Source: Amphiscolops sp. MND2022
Lineage: Eukaryota
Assembly (NCBI GenBank): GCA_964187785.1
Contig: OZ076413.1
Span: forward strand, 51,028,001-51,092,000
Reading direction: 5' to 3'
Length of the DNA stretch: 64,000 nt
A model generated the notes under the pieces. That model was not told where the DNA came from and did no database searches. It saw only the letters and a program-made list of their open reading frames with translations. A program made the position numbers and the translations under genes. Shown here piece by piece: positions 51,801-63,950 of the stretch. Position 1 is the stretch's first letter, and every line of letters begins with the position of its first letter.

Positions 51801-52263
51801 CTTCCAAAAGTGATGCGAAGGTATCCTTATTCCAGTTTCTAGAATTTTCACAGGGCATATAATACAATCCTACCAATAACGGAGCTTCGGAGGTTGGGAT
51901 CCGAGCCCACAGACCAAGATCTGTTTCAAAAAAATAATGCGGTATATCTTTCCTGACTAAAAGTGCCAATCCATGATACCCTTTTAATATTTTATGATCA
52001 TCGCCAAAAAAGATGTCAAAACTCTCGAACTCTTTGGAAGGAAAACAGTTGCTTAGCGTTTCTGCAAAGCCAATAACATCGTACCTGTTAGCTTCGTCTT
52101 GTATCAAGTTTAACCTTATTTTCGCATTCAAACCTCGTACGTTAATGAAAAAGCATTTTAGTTTCTTTTCCATAGATGCAGTTTTTTTACTTTTTTTTGG
52201 TTGCTACTTGTTGAACACTTTCAACATTTGTTGTTTATCCCAATTCAGTTTAGTGTGTAGTTC
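48814..52263 (-). mobile_element. 5'-truncated LINE, RTE-X-like
   Basis: TSD AATAACAT (48806-48813, 52264-52271), short (ATTC)n tail after a very short 3' UTR, APE + RT ORF. Confidence 0.88.
48842..52173 (-). CDS. LINE ORF2: AP endonuclease + reverse transcriptase + C-terminal Cys/His motif, one frameshift at 51077-51083
   Basis: APE motifs NVRGL, FAET, MGDFNA, SVVDY, SDVH; RT motifs NYRGISL, EQAGFR, DYEKAFD, GVRQGDNLSPLLF, YADD, YLG; C-terminal CPLC..DEYHFLLVC. One extra A fuses the two ORFs into 1110 aa. Confidence 0.93.
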
Positions 52264-53775
52264 AATAACATTGAATGTGACTTGTTTACCACACTATGCC
52301 ACATCAACCGATGAGTTTCATCAAACCAACTTCGAGGACCAAACAATATAATGAAAACTTGCTTATGTTTCTAGCTTTTTTTCGCTTAGGAGATCCAAAA
52401 ACGGCAATTCGTCTAAAATTGATATTTTGAAAGAAATTTTGGTGGTTTTTTTAAATTTCATGGACGGCCACGATACATCATGATGTCTTCAAACATGCAA
52501 GATGTATGCATGCAACAAGCATGAGCGCAGACATGCGTTTTGCAACTTGTTAGTGTTCTATTGAATCCAAAATGACAGTCATTTTTTCAAGTGGTTCATC
52601 GTTGGCCAATTATGAGCTATATACATTTGATTATCGAGAACAGTCTAGGACAAGAACTTGTAAAAATTTGATGTATTTGGAAAATTCTAACAATCATCTA
52701 GCACTTCCTTAAGCCCAGTGGAGCTCCAGTAGGGTAGAAATCACCCATCTACGTGACGTGTCTCCTGTTTTCTCAACGTCCAGAGAAGCAGTTAGGGTTA
52801 TAAAAATGAGCTTATAACTGTTTTGTAATAGGAAAACTCCAACGTCGATACATCCGCCCGAACACTTTCACTTAACTGACTACTTGGATTCAAAAATCTT
52901 ATCTCGATTTTACTGCCTATGGATTCGAGGTGGCTCAACTTAATTGATTTTCCCTGAAAACGCAAGTTGCGTTTCTGGTCACAAATTGAAATGAGAAAAA
53001 CATTAGAAAATTTTCAATATTTTTCTCAATCTAACAACCAGTGCGTAGCCTACAAATGCAAATTTTGCTGCAAGTGTTGGAATTTCCGCTGCGATCACTC
53101 TGTATTCACGATAGGAAGGAGTGGAAATTTTCATGGAGCACATTTTCATAGACATCTATCATTGTGTTCATTCGTTGTTCATTTATTCACTCTCTCATTT
53201 CGCGGATAAATCTTCAATCCGTTACCATCCAAAAAACAATATGCCGCTTAATCTGTATTAGTTTAAAGTAAACTAAAAACTCCTTAGCGAGTTTATTGAA
53301 ATTTATCTCTGTTTCAAGATACGACCATACCCCCAAACAATTTTTTCCACTTGATTCTCCTCCAATTTAGTCTAAATAGTTCTAATTGCTTTAAAATGTC
53401 TTCTCAATTGCCTCTAATTATTCTCACCTGCTGTTAAATTCCACCTGTCTCCTGAAAGTTTTTTTTTGATTAAATTGAGGTCATGTTTATGTGTTTTTAG
53501 GTTGATACGAGATTTGACAGTTCGGGATATTATCGGAATTGGCAGCTTTCTCTTGCTTGACATGCAAAAACGAGACGGTTGTTTTGAACGAAGTTATTAT
53601 ATTCTGAACAACGCCAAATCAAAAATACTGATGGGCAGATATACTGACAGCTATTATCCCTCGATTTTATTAATCTCAAACTTTTAATTATCAAACATAT
53701 TATTTTATAAAGTTAAATTGACCCTTTGAAATTCGTTCGCTGTGTTTCCACAATTTCTTAAAACTTGCACCTGGC

Positions 53776-53785
53776 TATATATAAG
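53776..53785 (+). promoter_or_regulatory. Candidate TATA box of the GPCR gene
   Basis: TATATATAAG in GC-flanked context about 140 bp upstream of the ATG at 53920. Confidence 0.45.
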
Positions 53786-53919
53786 CAAAAACGTACTCAT
53801 TTTCGGACCCAATCATGGCAACCGTTTACAACGAATTGTCAAGAATTAGTTGGTTGAAGAATTTCCGAGTGCTACAAAAGACATTCTGAGCTTCAAATCT
53901 CTCACAAAATTGAGAAGAA

Positions 53920-54164
53920 ATGGCTGAGAGTATCGCTACCACCACTCTCAGCGCTCTCAACTTCGGCAACCAATCAAATGACACAAACTCTAGTCTGATG
54001 GCGGACCAATCAGATTTCTCCACAGAAGTCTCAGTTTTCGACATCGTCGTCATTGTTATTCGTGTTATCGTCACTATTATAGGTCTACTAGCCAATGCAA
54101 TGGTCATTTATGTGGTTTATCGATTCAGCGATATGAGGACCTACTCAAACATTTTCTGCGCCAG
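53920..54164 (+). CDS. Class A (rhodopsin-like) GPCR, coding exon 1 (N-terminus, TM1, ICL1)
   Basis: Sequons NQS, NDT and NSS; hydrophobic helix ending GLLANAMVIYVV; MRTYSNIFCA. The end is inferred from the TM2 motif (donor GA). Confidence 0.85.
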
Positions 54165-54385
54165 GAATGGTTTTTGAAATGGAATTAATTTCAGAATCTT
54201 TTTCAGTAAGAAAAACCAGATTGCGCAAGTTTTTTTCCGAAACACCAGAACCATAGCTCGTTAACTATATGACCCACAAATCACTGATTTAATTTGTCAA
54301 CCTTATTCTGTAAATACAAATCAAGTTGACAAACTGAAATCTCTAAATATGAAATTGGTTCACCGCGGAAAACATTACGGGGACC

Positions 54386-54502
54386 AGGAACAGTATCTAA
54401 AGGAATAGTATCTAAAACGATATGATTGGTCAAAACAGCCTCATCCATGTCAGTTTGAGTTATCGGATTGGTTTAGATATTATTCCCTTAGATACTATTC
54501 CT
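54386..54502. repeat. Small inverted-repeat (MITE-like) element in GPCR intron 1
   Basis: AGGAACAGTATCTAAAGGAATAGTATCTAAA versus TTTAGATATTATTCCCTTAGATACTATTCCT; no clear TSD. Confidence 0.65.
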
Positions 54503-55782
54503 AACACTCAACATTACTTCTCCTGCTTAAGTCGTACGAAAAAGTGGCAACGAAAAAGTACATAAACAGTGGCAACGAAAAATTTTGTAATGATACATAT
54601 ATGGGAATTTTTTGTAAAACAAATATATTTTTGGGACAGGTTGAATGAATGCATTCGATTTTTTGTTTTCCAATTCAATCGCAAATCTCTGTCGCCAGAA
54701 CTAACAAAAAAGTGTTTATTTCCGTCGTGAATATGATATTTACTCAATTTTATGTATTGAGCTGATTAGCTACAAGCAAAGTTTTAGCAATTTTGTGCAT
54801 TGCTGATTAGCCACAAGCAAATATTTAAAAACCAATGACTTTCAATTAAATAAACTTCGTCTTCGCATTCTTTAAAATTTGAGCGAATTTTTCTTCAGCA
54901 ATATTCAGCTTTCTCTGTTGAAAAGTTGCATCTGAAATGTTGAGAGGAGAATGGCTCAAAGTACAGCTTAGTAGCCATCAAAAGTTTTCGAATGCATTTG
55001 AAGTGTTGAATGTATTCAAGGAATCAAGGTGCTTATAAACACTATAGTGGGAAAACATGTTTCGGAAAAGCATCAAATATCTTGAAGAAAACAAGAAAGA
55101 GTAATGAAGAAAAAGAAAAGGACGTTTCATGTTTCCTAAAACAAACGCAATGTACAGGGGTTTTCAAAAAAATCAAGAGCGTTGTGTTATTGATGGAGCT
55201 GATGCCAGTAAACTTTGAAGTCAATCGGCGCAAATGGCTTCAACTTAGAATCAGTTAAATTTAACTCCACCTTGCGCAATCGCTTGTTTTTGACTCATGT
55301 TTGAAGTTTCTGTCGAGTGTTTCGAGACAGGTTGACATGTTCAAACCCGCAGCTATAGTGCTTCCATACGATTTTATTCGCGTGAGGAAATGTCACGAAT
55401 TTCTTCTCTTGTATGAAACCAATCGGTTGCATGTATGCAAATAATAGGTTTACAGATCATGGCTTTCCATGCATGATTCGTCCATGATTCATGGGTTGGT
55501 CATTCCGAGAATCATTTCATGATCATGGAAAGATATCCATTATTCATGGATGATGATGAATGAAAAGCCATGAATTTATGCATGAAAAGGCTGAAACCTG
55601 CATTCATTTTGTAATCGTGATGCTTTTAAACAACACTAGAATAAAAATTTTTATGATGTATCAACTCCGGGGCAGCTCCATATAACATTTCACAGACGTA
55701 TTTAGAGATATTTGAATGTTTAAATAGCTGGGAAAAAACTTGAAATCATTCCTAAACTGTTTTGTTTACTTCGTGGATGCAG

Positions 55783-55919
55783 TCTGGCCATTACGGACAA
55801 CTTGACCCTGCTGCATGACTTGTGTTTCTCTATTCCCTCCAAGCTGCTTTTCCAGGGGGGAGAGGAGGATTCCACAGCCCAGTGCGTGCTCTTTGGAATG
55901 GGCAACGTCCTCACAATAG
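55783..55919 (+). CDS. GPCR exon 2 (TM2, ECL1, start of TM3)
   Basis: Acceptor ATGCAG, then (S)LAITD...QCVLFGMGNVLTI. It ends at 55919 (AG|GCACGC) or 55925 (GC|GTGCAA), both phase 1. Confidence 0.82.
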
Positions 55920-56728
55920 GCACGCGTGCAATGCAAATACAAATACCCCAAATATTTACTAAGAATCAAATAATCAATTTGAACTAATAATTGATCATTT
56001 GATGGAAGTACTTCCAGAAGGTGCATAAATGTTGGAGTTTTCAGAGTTGTCGTTTTTTTGCATAAACTGAGCTTCCAGGGTGTATGCAATTTGAAATCCT
56101 TGCATTTTTTAATCTTTAACCTCGTCGGCACACCGAGAAGTCGAAAAATTGACAAAAAACTGGCAACATTTTTAATGCCTTTCAAATGCCGGTCGAACTC
56201 TTAGCTATGCTTCATCGAAAAAAACTTCTATATGCGGTTTCATTGGTGGCAAACTGTGTTACTAGAGTGTGACAGTAACTTAGCAAACAGTTGCTGTGTT
56301 ATTGAGAAAAAACGAATTTTCTGAAATGTACTTTTTCGCAAATTTTCACTTTTTTTCAGTTAATTTTTTGCCGGTGGTTCGAAAAACAAACTATATTGAC
56401 ACAAATAACAACTCGCCCCAAATAGTCAAATAGATTGTTGATAAGAAAGACAAACTTTCGTTTTCCCATATGCTTTTTGCGTTTCGTAATTTTTTATTGA
56501 TTGTGAAAAAATCGCTGTTCTCATTTGAGGATGAAATCACTAACGAGGTTAAAGACAAAGTGTTCCGGACTCATTTACGATCATCGGAAGATTTTTTCAG
56601 CGAATTATACTTTAATACTCCTTTTCTTCCTTTGTAACAGCAGTTCCTTGAAGGCATACTAGGAAACTCAAAACTTCTAAATATCAAGATGACGTCATGA
56701 CACAATGATTTCCAATGCATGCCATAAG

Positions 56729-56932
56729 GGGGTGGCTTCCACTTGCTGATCATCGCGATGGACAGATTCTTGTTCATCAACTTCCCCTTCCGGTACAGTG
56801 ACGTGTTGCAGAAGGCCAACTACCCCTCGTTGTTTGCTTGCTGGGTCCCTGGAAACCTCATTGGACTGGCTATCGAGTGGAGGGCATGTCACGAAAGGGC
56901 GTTCGTAGACAACACCCAGAACATCATAATTA
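56729..56932 (+). CDS. GPCR exon 3 (TM3 with DRF, TM4, ECL2)
   Basis: Acceptor CATAAG, then GGFHLLIIAMDRFLFINFPFRY...ACWVPG. It ends at 56932 (TA|GTGAGC) or 56962 (AG|GCATTT), both phase 1. Confidence 0.85.
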
Positions 56933-57308
56933 GTGAGCAGACGACGCGCAATATATTCATAGGCATTTCGGATTGATTGGGATTAATATTTTGATTAGAT
57001 TTCATTCTGTGACGAAGTTTTTGAAGTTTTTGAAGTTTGAATAAATTGTTCCATTTTTCGTTTTAATTAACTATAACTAATGAATTTTCCAGAAAATGTC
57101 ACAATTTGAATGAATCTTCATCTTGGAAGAAAGTTTCATCTTGAAGTTGTTGAGTTCGAAGTTTCGTTCATGTATATGATTGTTACCAAGGTAGTCCTTT
57201 TCAAAAACATTTTCTGCAAGTCTCAAAATTGTTCTCAAAAAATTAAAAAGAGGTCAACTTCTTCGGGGATACTTTTCCAGGGTTCTATGGTTCTATGGTT
57301 GTTTCCAG

Positions 57309-57484
57309 GGTCGCTGGTATACGGAAGTCTCGCAGTGTGTGTGACTATTTTGTACACAAGCATCCTTCGCACTGCCCTGAGACAGAGGAGACTCATCAGA
57401 CGCAGCATGCCCACCGTGATAGACAGCAATGGAAAAAGGACCACGGCTGGATCCGAACTCGACACCATCGGACGACAAATCAAG
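57309..57484 (+). CDS. GPCR exon 4 (TM5, ICL3); TM6-7 exons not found in the window
   Basis: Acceptor TTTCCAG in matching phase, then SLVYGSLAVCVTILYTSILRTALRQRRLI..RQIK; canonical donor AAG|GTATGT. Confidence 0.82.
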
Positions 57485-59059
57485 GTATGTAGCTTTCAAA
57501 AAACGCAAAATATTTCTGTTCGAAAAATGTTTGAACAATATTAGACATGTGTTACAAAGTTTGTGATTCAATTTTTTTGTTCATACCCTGTGCTCGCAAC
57601 GAAGTGAAATAAAATATCCACTAGGTGGTTGCATGTCATTTCGTACTATGCAATTTCAACCTATGCAATTTTAATCACTGTCGTTTTGACCTAATACACT
57701 TTCTACCGCTGACAATTTCAACCGCATGTAATTTCAAAAGTTTGCAATTTCAGACCAACGCACATTCGACCTACTTTGCGAACGTCTTAAGCTAATTGGA
57801 CGTAATTAAAGCGCGCCAGAGTCAGCAAAGCACACCAACTGTGATAAGACCGTGTAGTGTATTGATAATAGTGCCCCAGACAAAAGCGCCACAGTCATAT
57901 GCGCCCCTATACAAAACGCCTCGCTAATCTTCGAGCTGATTTCGCAGCTTATAGCTTATATTTAAACCTAATTGAAGGAATTGTTGAAAGAAAACAAAAT
58001 ATCACTGGTAATGCCACGTTTGACATTTCCACACCTAATAAACTTCAATTGAAAACAACCTAAACAGCTAATTTTGGCATTTCTGAACAAAAAAGGTTAA
58101 TTTAATAATGAAACAGTTTGTCAATACTTTTTCAAAATTGAAGACTCATAGTTATTCAATTGCAATGATGAACTCAAATCATTTATTTATTGGAAGGTGA
58201 AAAGGGGTCAGCAAATCCCCTATAGCTTTCGATCGATCGGAGCGCTCATGACTGAGGCGCTTTTGACTGTGTTTTTTCGGCGATTTTGACTGCACTTGAA
58301 AAACTTCCACCAATCAAACGCATTAGAATTTGCGATCTTCATCGGATTGGGCAATACAGTTATGTACCAGTTTCCAAAAAATGTAAACATTCGCGTCTAG
58401 TAATGAAAAACAACGACTACTCAACCAGTAAAAACAAAACACCGAAAGGTAATTAACTCAACTTCCGAATCAAATCCTTTTTTAAACTTAGCGACCACTC
58501 GCAAATGAGGCAGGATGTTTTCAAAGTTGTAGCTATTTTGAATAATTTTAATCTGTTTTTGAGTTTTTTCTCATGCCAATAATTGCTAAAATTGTTCAGT
58601 GAAGAATCCACGCAATTTGAAGAATTCAAGAAAACAGTGAAAATTTGCTTTTGGCGATTCTTCGCAGGTTACACACGGTATTAGTGCAACAATCCAGAAA
58701 AGTATTTCACACCATTTTTCTCAATTCTTGAAAACACATGAATTATAATGCAGTTGACTAATCCACAAAAGACTGCAACAGATTTGTTGCTGTCATTGTT
58801 TTTCCCCGATTGGCGTCGTAACGTGTGGCGCTCGAACAAAAAACTCTAGTGATCTCTTGGATGAATGATGAATTTTGAGGCTTCGTGGAAGGAACGATAT
58901 ATTTGGTTGGAAATCTTTAATCGAAGCCTGACCCAGCATTATTTGTTATGATTTTGTAAAACTCCTATTGAAATTTTCATGTGAAAATATTTCCCTGTTG
59001 TATTTAACTTTATCAAGCTGCTTTAAAGATTCATCAAAGTTTTGGGGGCAATTTTAAAC

Positions 59060-59433
59060 CATGAAGTTTGCAGGTTTCATTAAGCAGCAGCTACAATTTT
59101 AAAGAAAATAAGTTGCTATCAATTTTACCGCTAATTTAATGTAAAATAACTCCAGTCGGGTAATAAACTCCAACTTAGGATCATGCTCAGCGTGCTATTT
59201 GACAAGCGGTGATCACATCAGATGAGCATATGAAAAAACAAAGAAATAATATAAAGTGATCGTGTCAGTTATGAAGTGGAATTTGTTTTCAAATTTAATT
59301 GTAAGAGTGGAAAATGCAGTGTAATTGTACATGATTTACTACCCGAAGTTCACTGAATTGTCTAGGTTTCATAAAAGATTATCCTGCATGCAGGCCTGCA
59401 GCATGTAAAAAGTTCCTGCAGTTTCAACTAGGG
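59060..59433 (+). repeat. Dispersed repeat family C
   Basis: GAAGTTTGCAGGTTTCA..AGCGTGCTATTTGACAAG..GATCACATCAGATGA..CAGTTTCAACTAGGG. Confidence 0.72.
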
Positions 59434-62400
59434 GAAGCCCATACTGCTATTACTAATTGCTATCTCTTGTTCCGGCAACGCTTTTGCCCGTCACCTCGAA
59501 CTGGTTCCGTTTTTTGTAGGCAAGAATATTTTTCAAGTGACCATGCAACATCTTTTAAGAGGTGTTTGTGAAATATAGCACAAGCTTGTCCAACCATCCA
59601 TATTTTTTTAATGTTGTTTAAATGAGAGCTGTCTCAGATCAATTTTCTTGGGCCGTTTTTTAAGGGCACTTTCTTTCAATACTTACACCTTCATTAACAG
59701 ATTTTATTTGAATATCCAAGTTAAATTTTTTCATGTTTTTATAACCATACGATAACTAATTTCTAATTGAACTTGGTTTGAGACACTTTGTTTTCTCTGG
59801 TATGCATGAAAAGCTTTTCTAAACTCCTTCGTAGCCAAGAAAAGCTCAACTGAAAACAGAAAAATCGAGCTTTTCAAAAGCTGTTGTTGAAAGTTTGTCC
59901 CAACTTCTGTAAAAATTTACACGGTTAATGATGGTTAACTACGAACGTTTCATGGAACTACATTGACAGCAAGAACGCTGCGCATTGCATCCGAGGAAGT
60001 TGCAAAACCGTAGAAACGAACACAATTTAATTTAAGTTTTCTAGATGCCAAAATATTTTCCCAAGAATGATATTTCGAACGTACACGACAGTGCATGCCA
60101 ATATAGGCGGATCAAAAAAATTGATGTTTCCAATTAAAAATATGGTTTTGTAGAGCTATGTTTTAATAGAAGTGTAGTATAAATTTGGAGAAAAACAAGA
60201 GAATGAAAACACATGCGTTTGATTATTTGATAATCGTCTGGATTTGGTTCTAGAATAACGAGACTATTTTCATGACAATAGAGATTTTTATTTCGATGTT
60301 CGCATATACCTAAATGTTGTTAGAAATCTTGTGGTTTTTCATATGTTTAATGTTGCGTGTCGCCTCGTTCTGGTTGATTTTTTGAAAAAGAAGTTTTTTG
60401 AAAAATCTCTGAATTAAAAATCATGGGACTGCGAAGAGCTTTTATCTTAAGAGCACCTCTGGGATTCTTATGCATCTAACTCATAAAAAGTAATATAACG
60501 ATATTAATAGTTTTTCATAACGCTTTACATCTAGAAGAATCTTCTACAAAATCCACATTTCTCTTCAAACAAATCGTCGCTTTCAAGTTTCTTGTAAGTT
60601 CTTAACTTCTAAACATTGTTCAAATTTTGTCTATTTAGTTTTATCTTTTAATAACTCATATTTTAATTTTTTACTTAGAAATAAAGTAATAACATTTGAA
60701 TAACATTCAATAATAATTTATCATTAATATCAAGTTATTATATAATTATTTCACAATGCATTCAATCAAACGGGGTGGGGCTCCTTTGATATATAAATTC
60801 GATATATAAATTTCGTCACAAAATTTTTCAACAAATGTCTCATTTCGTCGACCTTGTGTCTGTTCATGCTTTAATATACTGTTAATTTTGTGCGAAGTGA
60901 GGAGACCCGTACTGACAAAATTTGAACTCCAGGACCGCCAAGGATTCCCAAGGACTAGTAGGGACCCTCGAGGTAAGGACCACGAAATCAACCAAACGTG
61001 GGTAATTTTTCAAAGTGCCTTTTTCTAGAACGTGACGAAATTGCTAAGCTTGGAGTCAAATTACGAACAAGTCAACTCGAATTACTGCTGATGTTTCGAT
61101 TCATTCTCTGCGTAACCTTAATCCTGAGAGAACACTATACTTTCTACTGAGAGGGTCGGAAATACATTCATGTCCAGGGTTGTTTAGAGTAATATGAAAT
61201 GGATTGTTCGAGCAATTGAGAATAAAAGCAATCATTGGCACCATCTACAGGATGAAACTTCTTACTTTGGAGGTTTGGTGTAGCCTTTGTTTGGAAATTA
61301 TTTTAGGTTGATCAAAGCTTCAAAAGATTCGGAGAAAATACTTATTCACTTCATGTTTTCAATCGACGCGTTTTGCAAGACTATTACAGTTGATTTACTG
61401 TGCTATTCATTTTCGCGGATAAAAGCGAGACCAAAGTGTCCCTGCCCCCCTTTCATTTTTATTCAGCAGTGCGCGGCTTTTGATTTTTTAACCTTCCATC
61501 AAACGGTCCGCTTTTACAAAAAAAACTCGTAAAAAACAAATAGTCGAAAAGATACTCGAAGAAAAGCAGCAGTAGAAACTCGTCGCAAAATGAAAACAAC
61601 TTTTTTCAGTCAAGTATAGTGATATTGAAGGTTATGAAATATTTTTGAAATTATAAGCTTGTCAGCTTCTGAAAACCTTCATATAAAATGTTTTTTCCCC
61701 ACCTTTTTACAATAATTATTACGTTTTTACATGACGTGATCATACATTGACGTTGAAAAGACATCGTTGAATGGTTCAATAGCGTTCATTCAAAATTCAA
61801 AAGCTTTTAATTTTTGTTGTTCAATTTATGATGTTCATTTGTAAATGATTGAAGTTTTGAATTACTCCACTCCAAAATCGCATTTCGTGAATTTTGAGGG
61901 TTGAATGTATCCTATATGTTCCACTGATTGTAACAACGGCAATTCAAATTCACGAGGAATGGGTACTTTTGGGAACTATCGCAAACAAATTCAGATACGA
62001 GTGAAAAAATTTTGAATCCTTGTGATTTCCAATGACACCCTTTTTTGCCATATTTGAAACGAATGAATACCTTCAACTGTGCACCTCTGATATCAAGCGC
62101 TTGAAATTCCAAATGGTATCTCATTGGAATAAGTTATTCAATTTGTCATTGCATTTGTTAGATCTATGGAAACATTACAGTAAAAACTAATGAGTTTTTT
62201 GCAGCTACGATGTTACCAAAATTTTATCTTCCTTCTTAGAAGTTGACTGAAAAACTACGGCAGCAAGAAGACGCCAACTATATATCCCGAGTTGAACTCC
62301 ATACAAAAGACATCTAAATTATAAAAAGTCAAACTTGCTGATGTATGAAATCATACAATGATCATTGTTGGGTTTGAGCAAATCTTTCATTCCTAGCTTA

Positions 62401-63179
62401 GTGGTATGGTCAAAAAAACGCATTTGGCGGAAAAAAGCACAATAAAAAGAGCAACGGTTAGCATTCAGACCTTTTTGACCTTGAGCACATGCCTTTGTAA
62501 TCACAGCTTCAAACTGACTATTGCTTGACCACTTGGCTGCAAAAATGGTACCATAGCTTTCTATGATTATATATTTTTTAGAGATAAATTTACTTTGTCC
62601 CTGGAAAGCAATAAATATCATACTTATACTGTTTATGATGTGTCACGAAAAAAATAATGTTTGAACAAAGAGTCAAATTGTAGGCTTCTTGGACTGTATT
62701 TACGTCATGAATAACAATTCCCAATTTGGGAAGCAAATTTTCCTGAATGAATTTTCTGGTCCTCTAGTGAGCAAAGACAAATACTTCATAATAGCTGGCT
62801 GAGAAATTGTAATGATTTTCGTGTATTTTGTGTATGCGACTACTACCATACATTTGTGTTGCCAACGTTCGAAATAGTAAGTGTTTATTTTCTCGAGCTA
62901 GAAGTCATAGAATGAGAACCTTCTACTTTTTATAGAAATTTCTACTTTCGTAAATGAACAACTCGTGAAATTTTGTTCTTTGCTTTGGCGCCAAATAGTT
63001 GATGACTACTTCACTGTAAATTTTTGTATCATTCTTTGTTGACTTTCATCAGAAATCAGTTCACGTCTGAAGACGAAAACAACGTTTTGGAAATCAAGAT
63101 ACCGACAACGTGATACTCGTTGCAGCCAACAACTTTTCGAGTTTCAAGAAGCTCGTCAAGGTTTTCGACTTCGTCGTTA

Positions 63180-63950
63180 GGTTTGTTTCAAATGTGAAAC
63201 AAAATAAGAAAGAGACAAGAAAGAAGAACACGACACCCAATAGAACTCGACAGCTTTAGAAAAAGTCCCTATCAGCAGTGTTGATAGTCCTTCAAAGGGC
63301 AGTAAAGAAGGAAAGGAAATGAAGTGTTGTAACTACAGCGGTTTACTTGGTAGTCTCAACTACTTAGCCAACACTTCAAGGCCCAACATAACTTTTGTCG
63401 TAAGATGTCTGAGTAGGTTTGTTCAATACCCTTGAAGGCAGCATTGGAATCAACCTAAGAACGTTTTGCGATACTTGAAGGCTACGGCGAAAAGAAAATT
63501 GATTTACGAGAAAGCGGACGAAATGCGAATTGTAGGCTATAGCGATGCTGACTGGGCAGTTAAAATAGTTTGAAGAATATCAACTAATTGCCACTGTTTT
63601 TTTTTCTAAGCGACACTTCAGGTGCTATTAGTTTGAATTCAAAGCTGCAATCAACAGTAGCATCAAGTATTTTTCTGAGAGAATTAGGTGCAGAGCTTGG
63701 TATGAGCAAATCATTACCGAGTTCTGTCTTCGTTGACAATCAGGCTTGTATAGCAATGACTAAAAACGTTGTCAATTCCTAAAAAATTAATCAATTCGCT
63801 ATCAAGCTGCATTTCTTGTAAGAAAATACAGACGAGAAGGTTTTAGATGTTAAGTTCCGTCCAATCGAAAATTTGACAGCGGACGTTTTGACCAAAGATT
63901 TAGGGAGGGTTTGTTTCAAAGGTTCAGCTAGGAAAAAGCTGGTGTTATAT
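63180..63950 (+). mobile_element. Ty1/Copia RT-RNase H remnant
   Basis: YSGLLGSLNYLANTSRPNITF..HWNQPKNVLRYLK..GYSDADWA..KLQSTVA..VDNQACIAM..LTADVLTK, with stops and frameshifts. It may extend upstream. Confidence 0.88.

Noticed and set aside
57281..57308. Upstream acceptor TTTTCCAG|GGT for GPCR exon 4
   Set aside because: It is phase 0, while both candidate exon 3 donors are phase 1.
60933..60972. Possible GPCR exon CTCCAG|GACCGC...CGAG|GTAAGG
   Set aside because: Splice-like signals are present, but the peptide (DRQGFPRTSRDPR) has no TM6 character and nothing else supports it.
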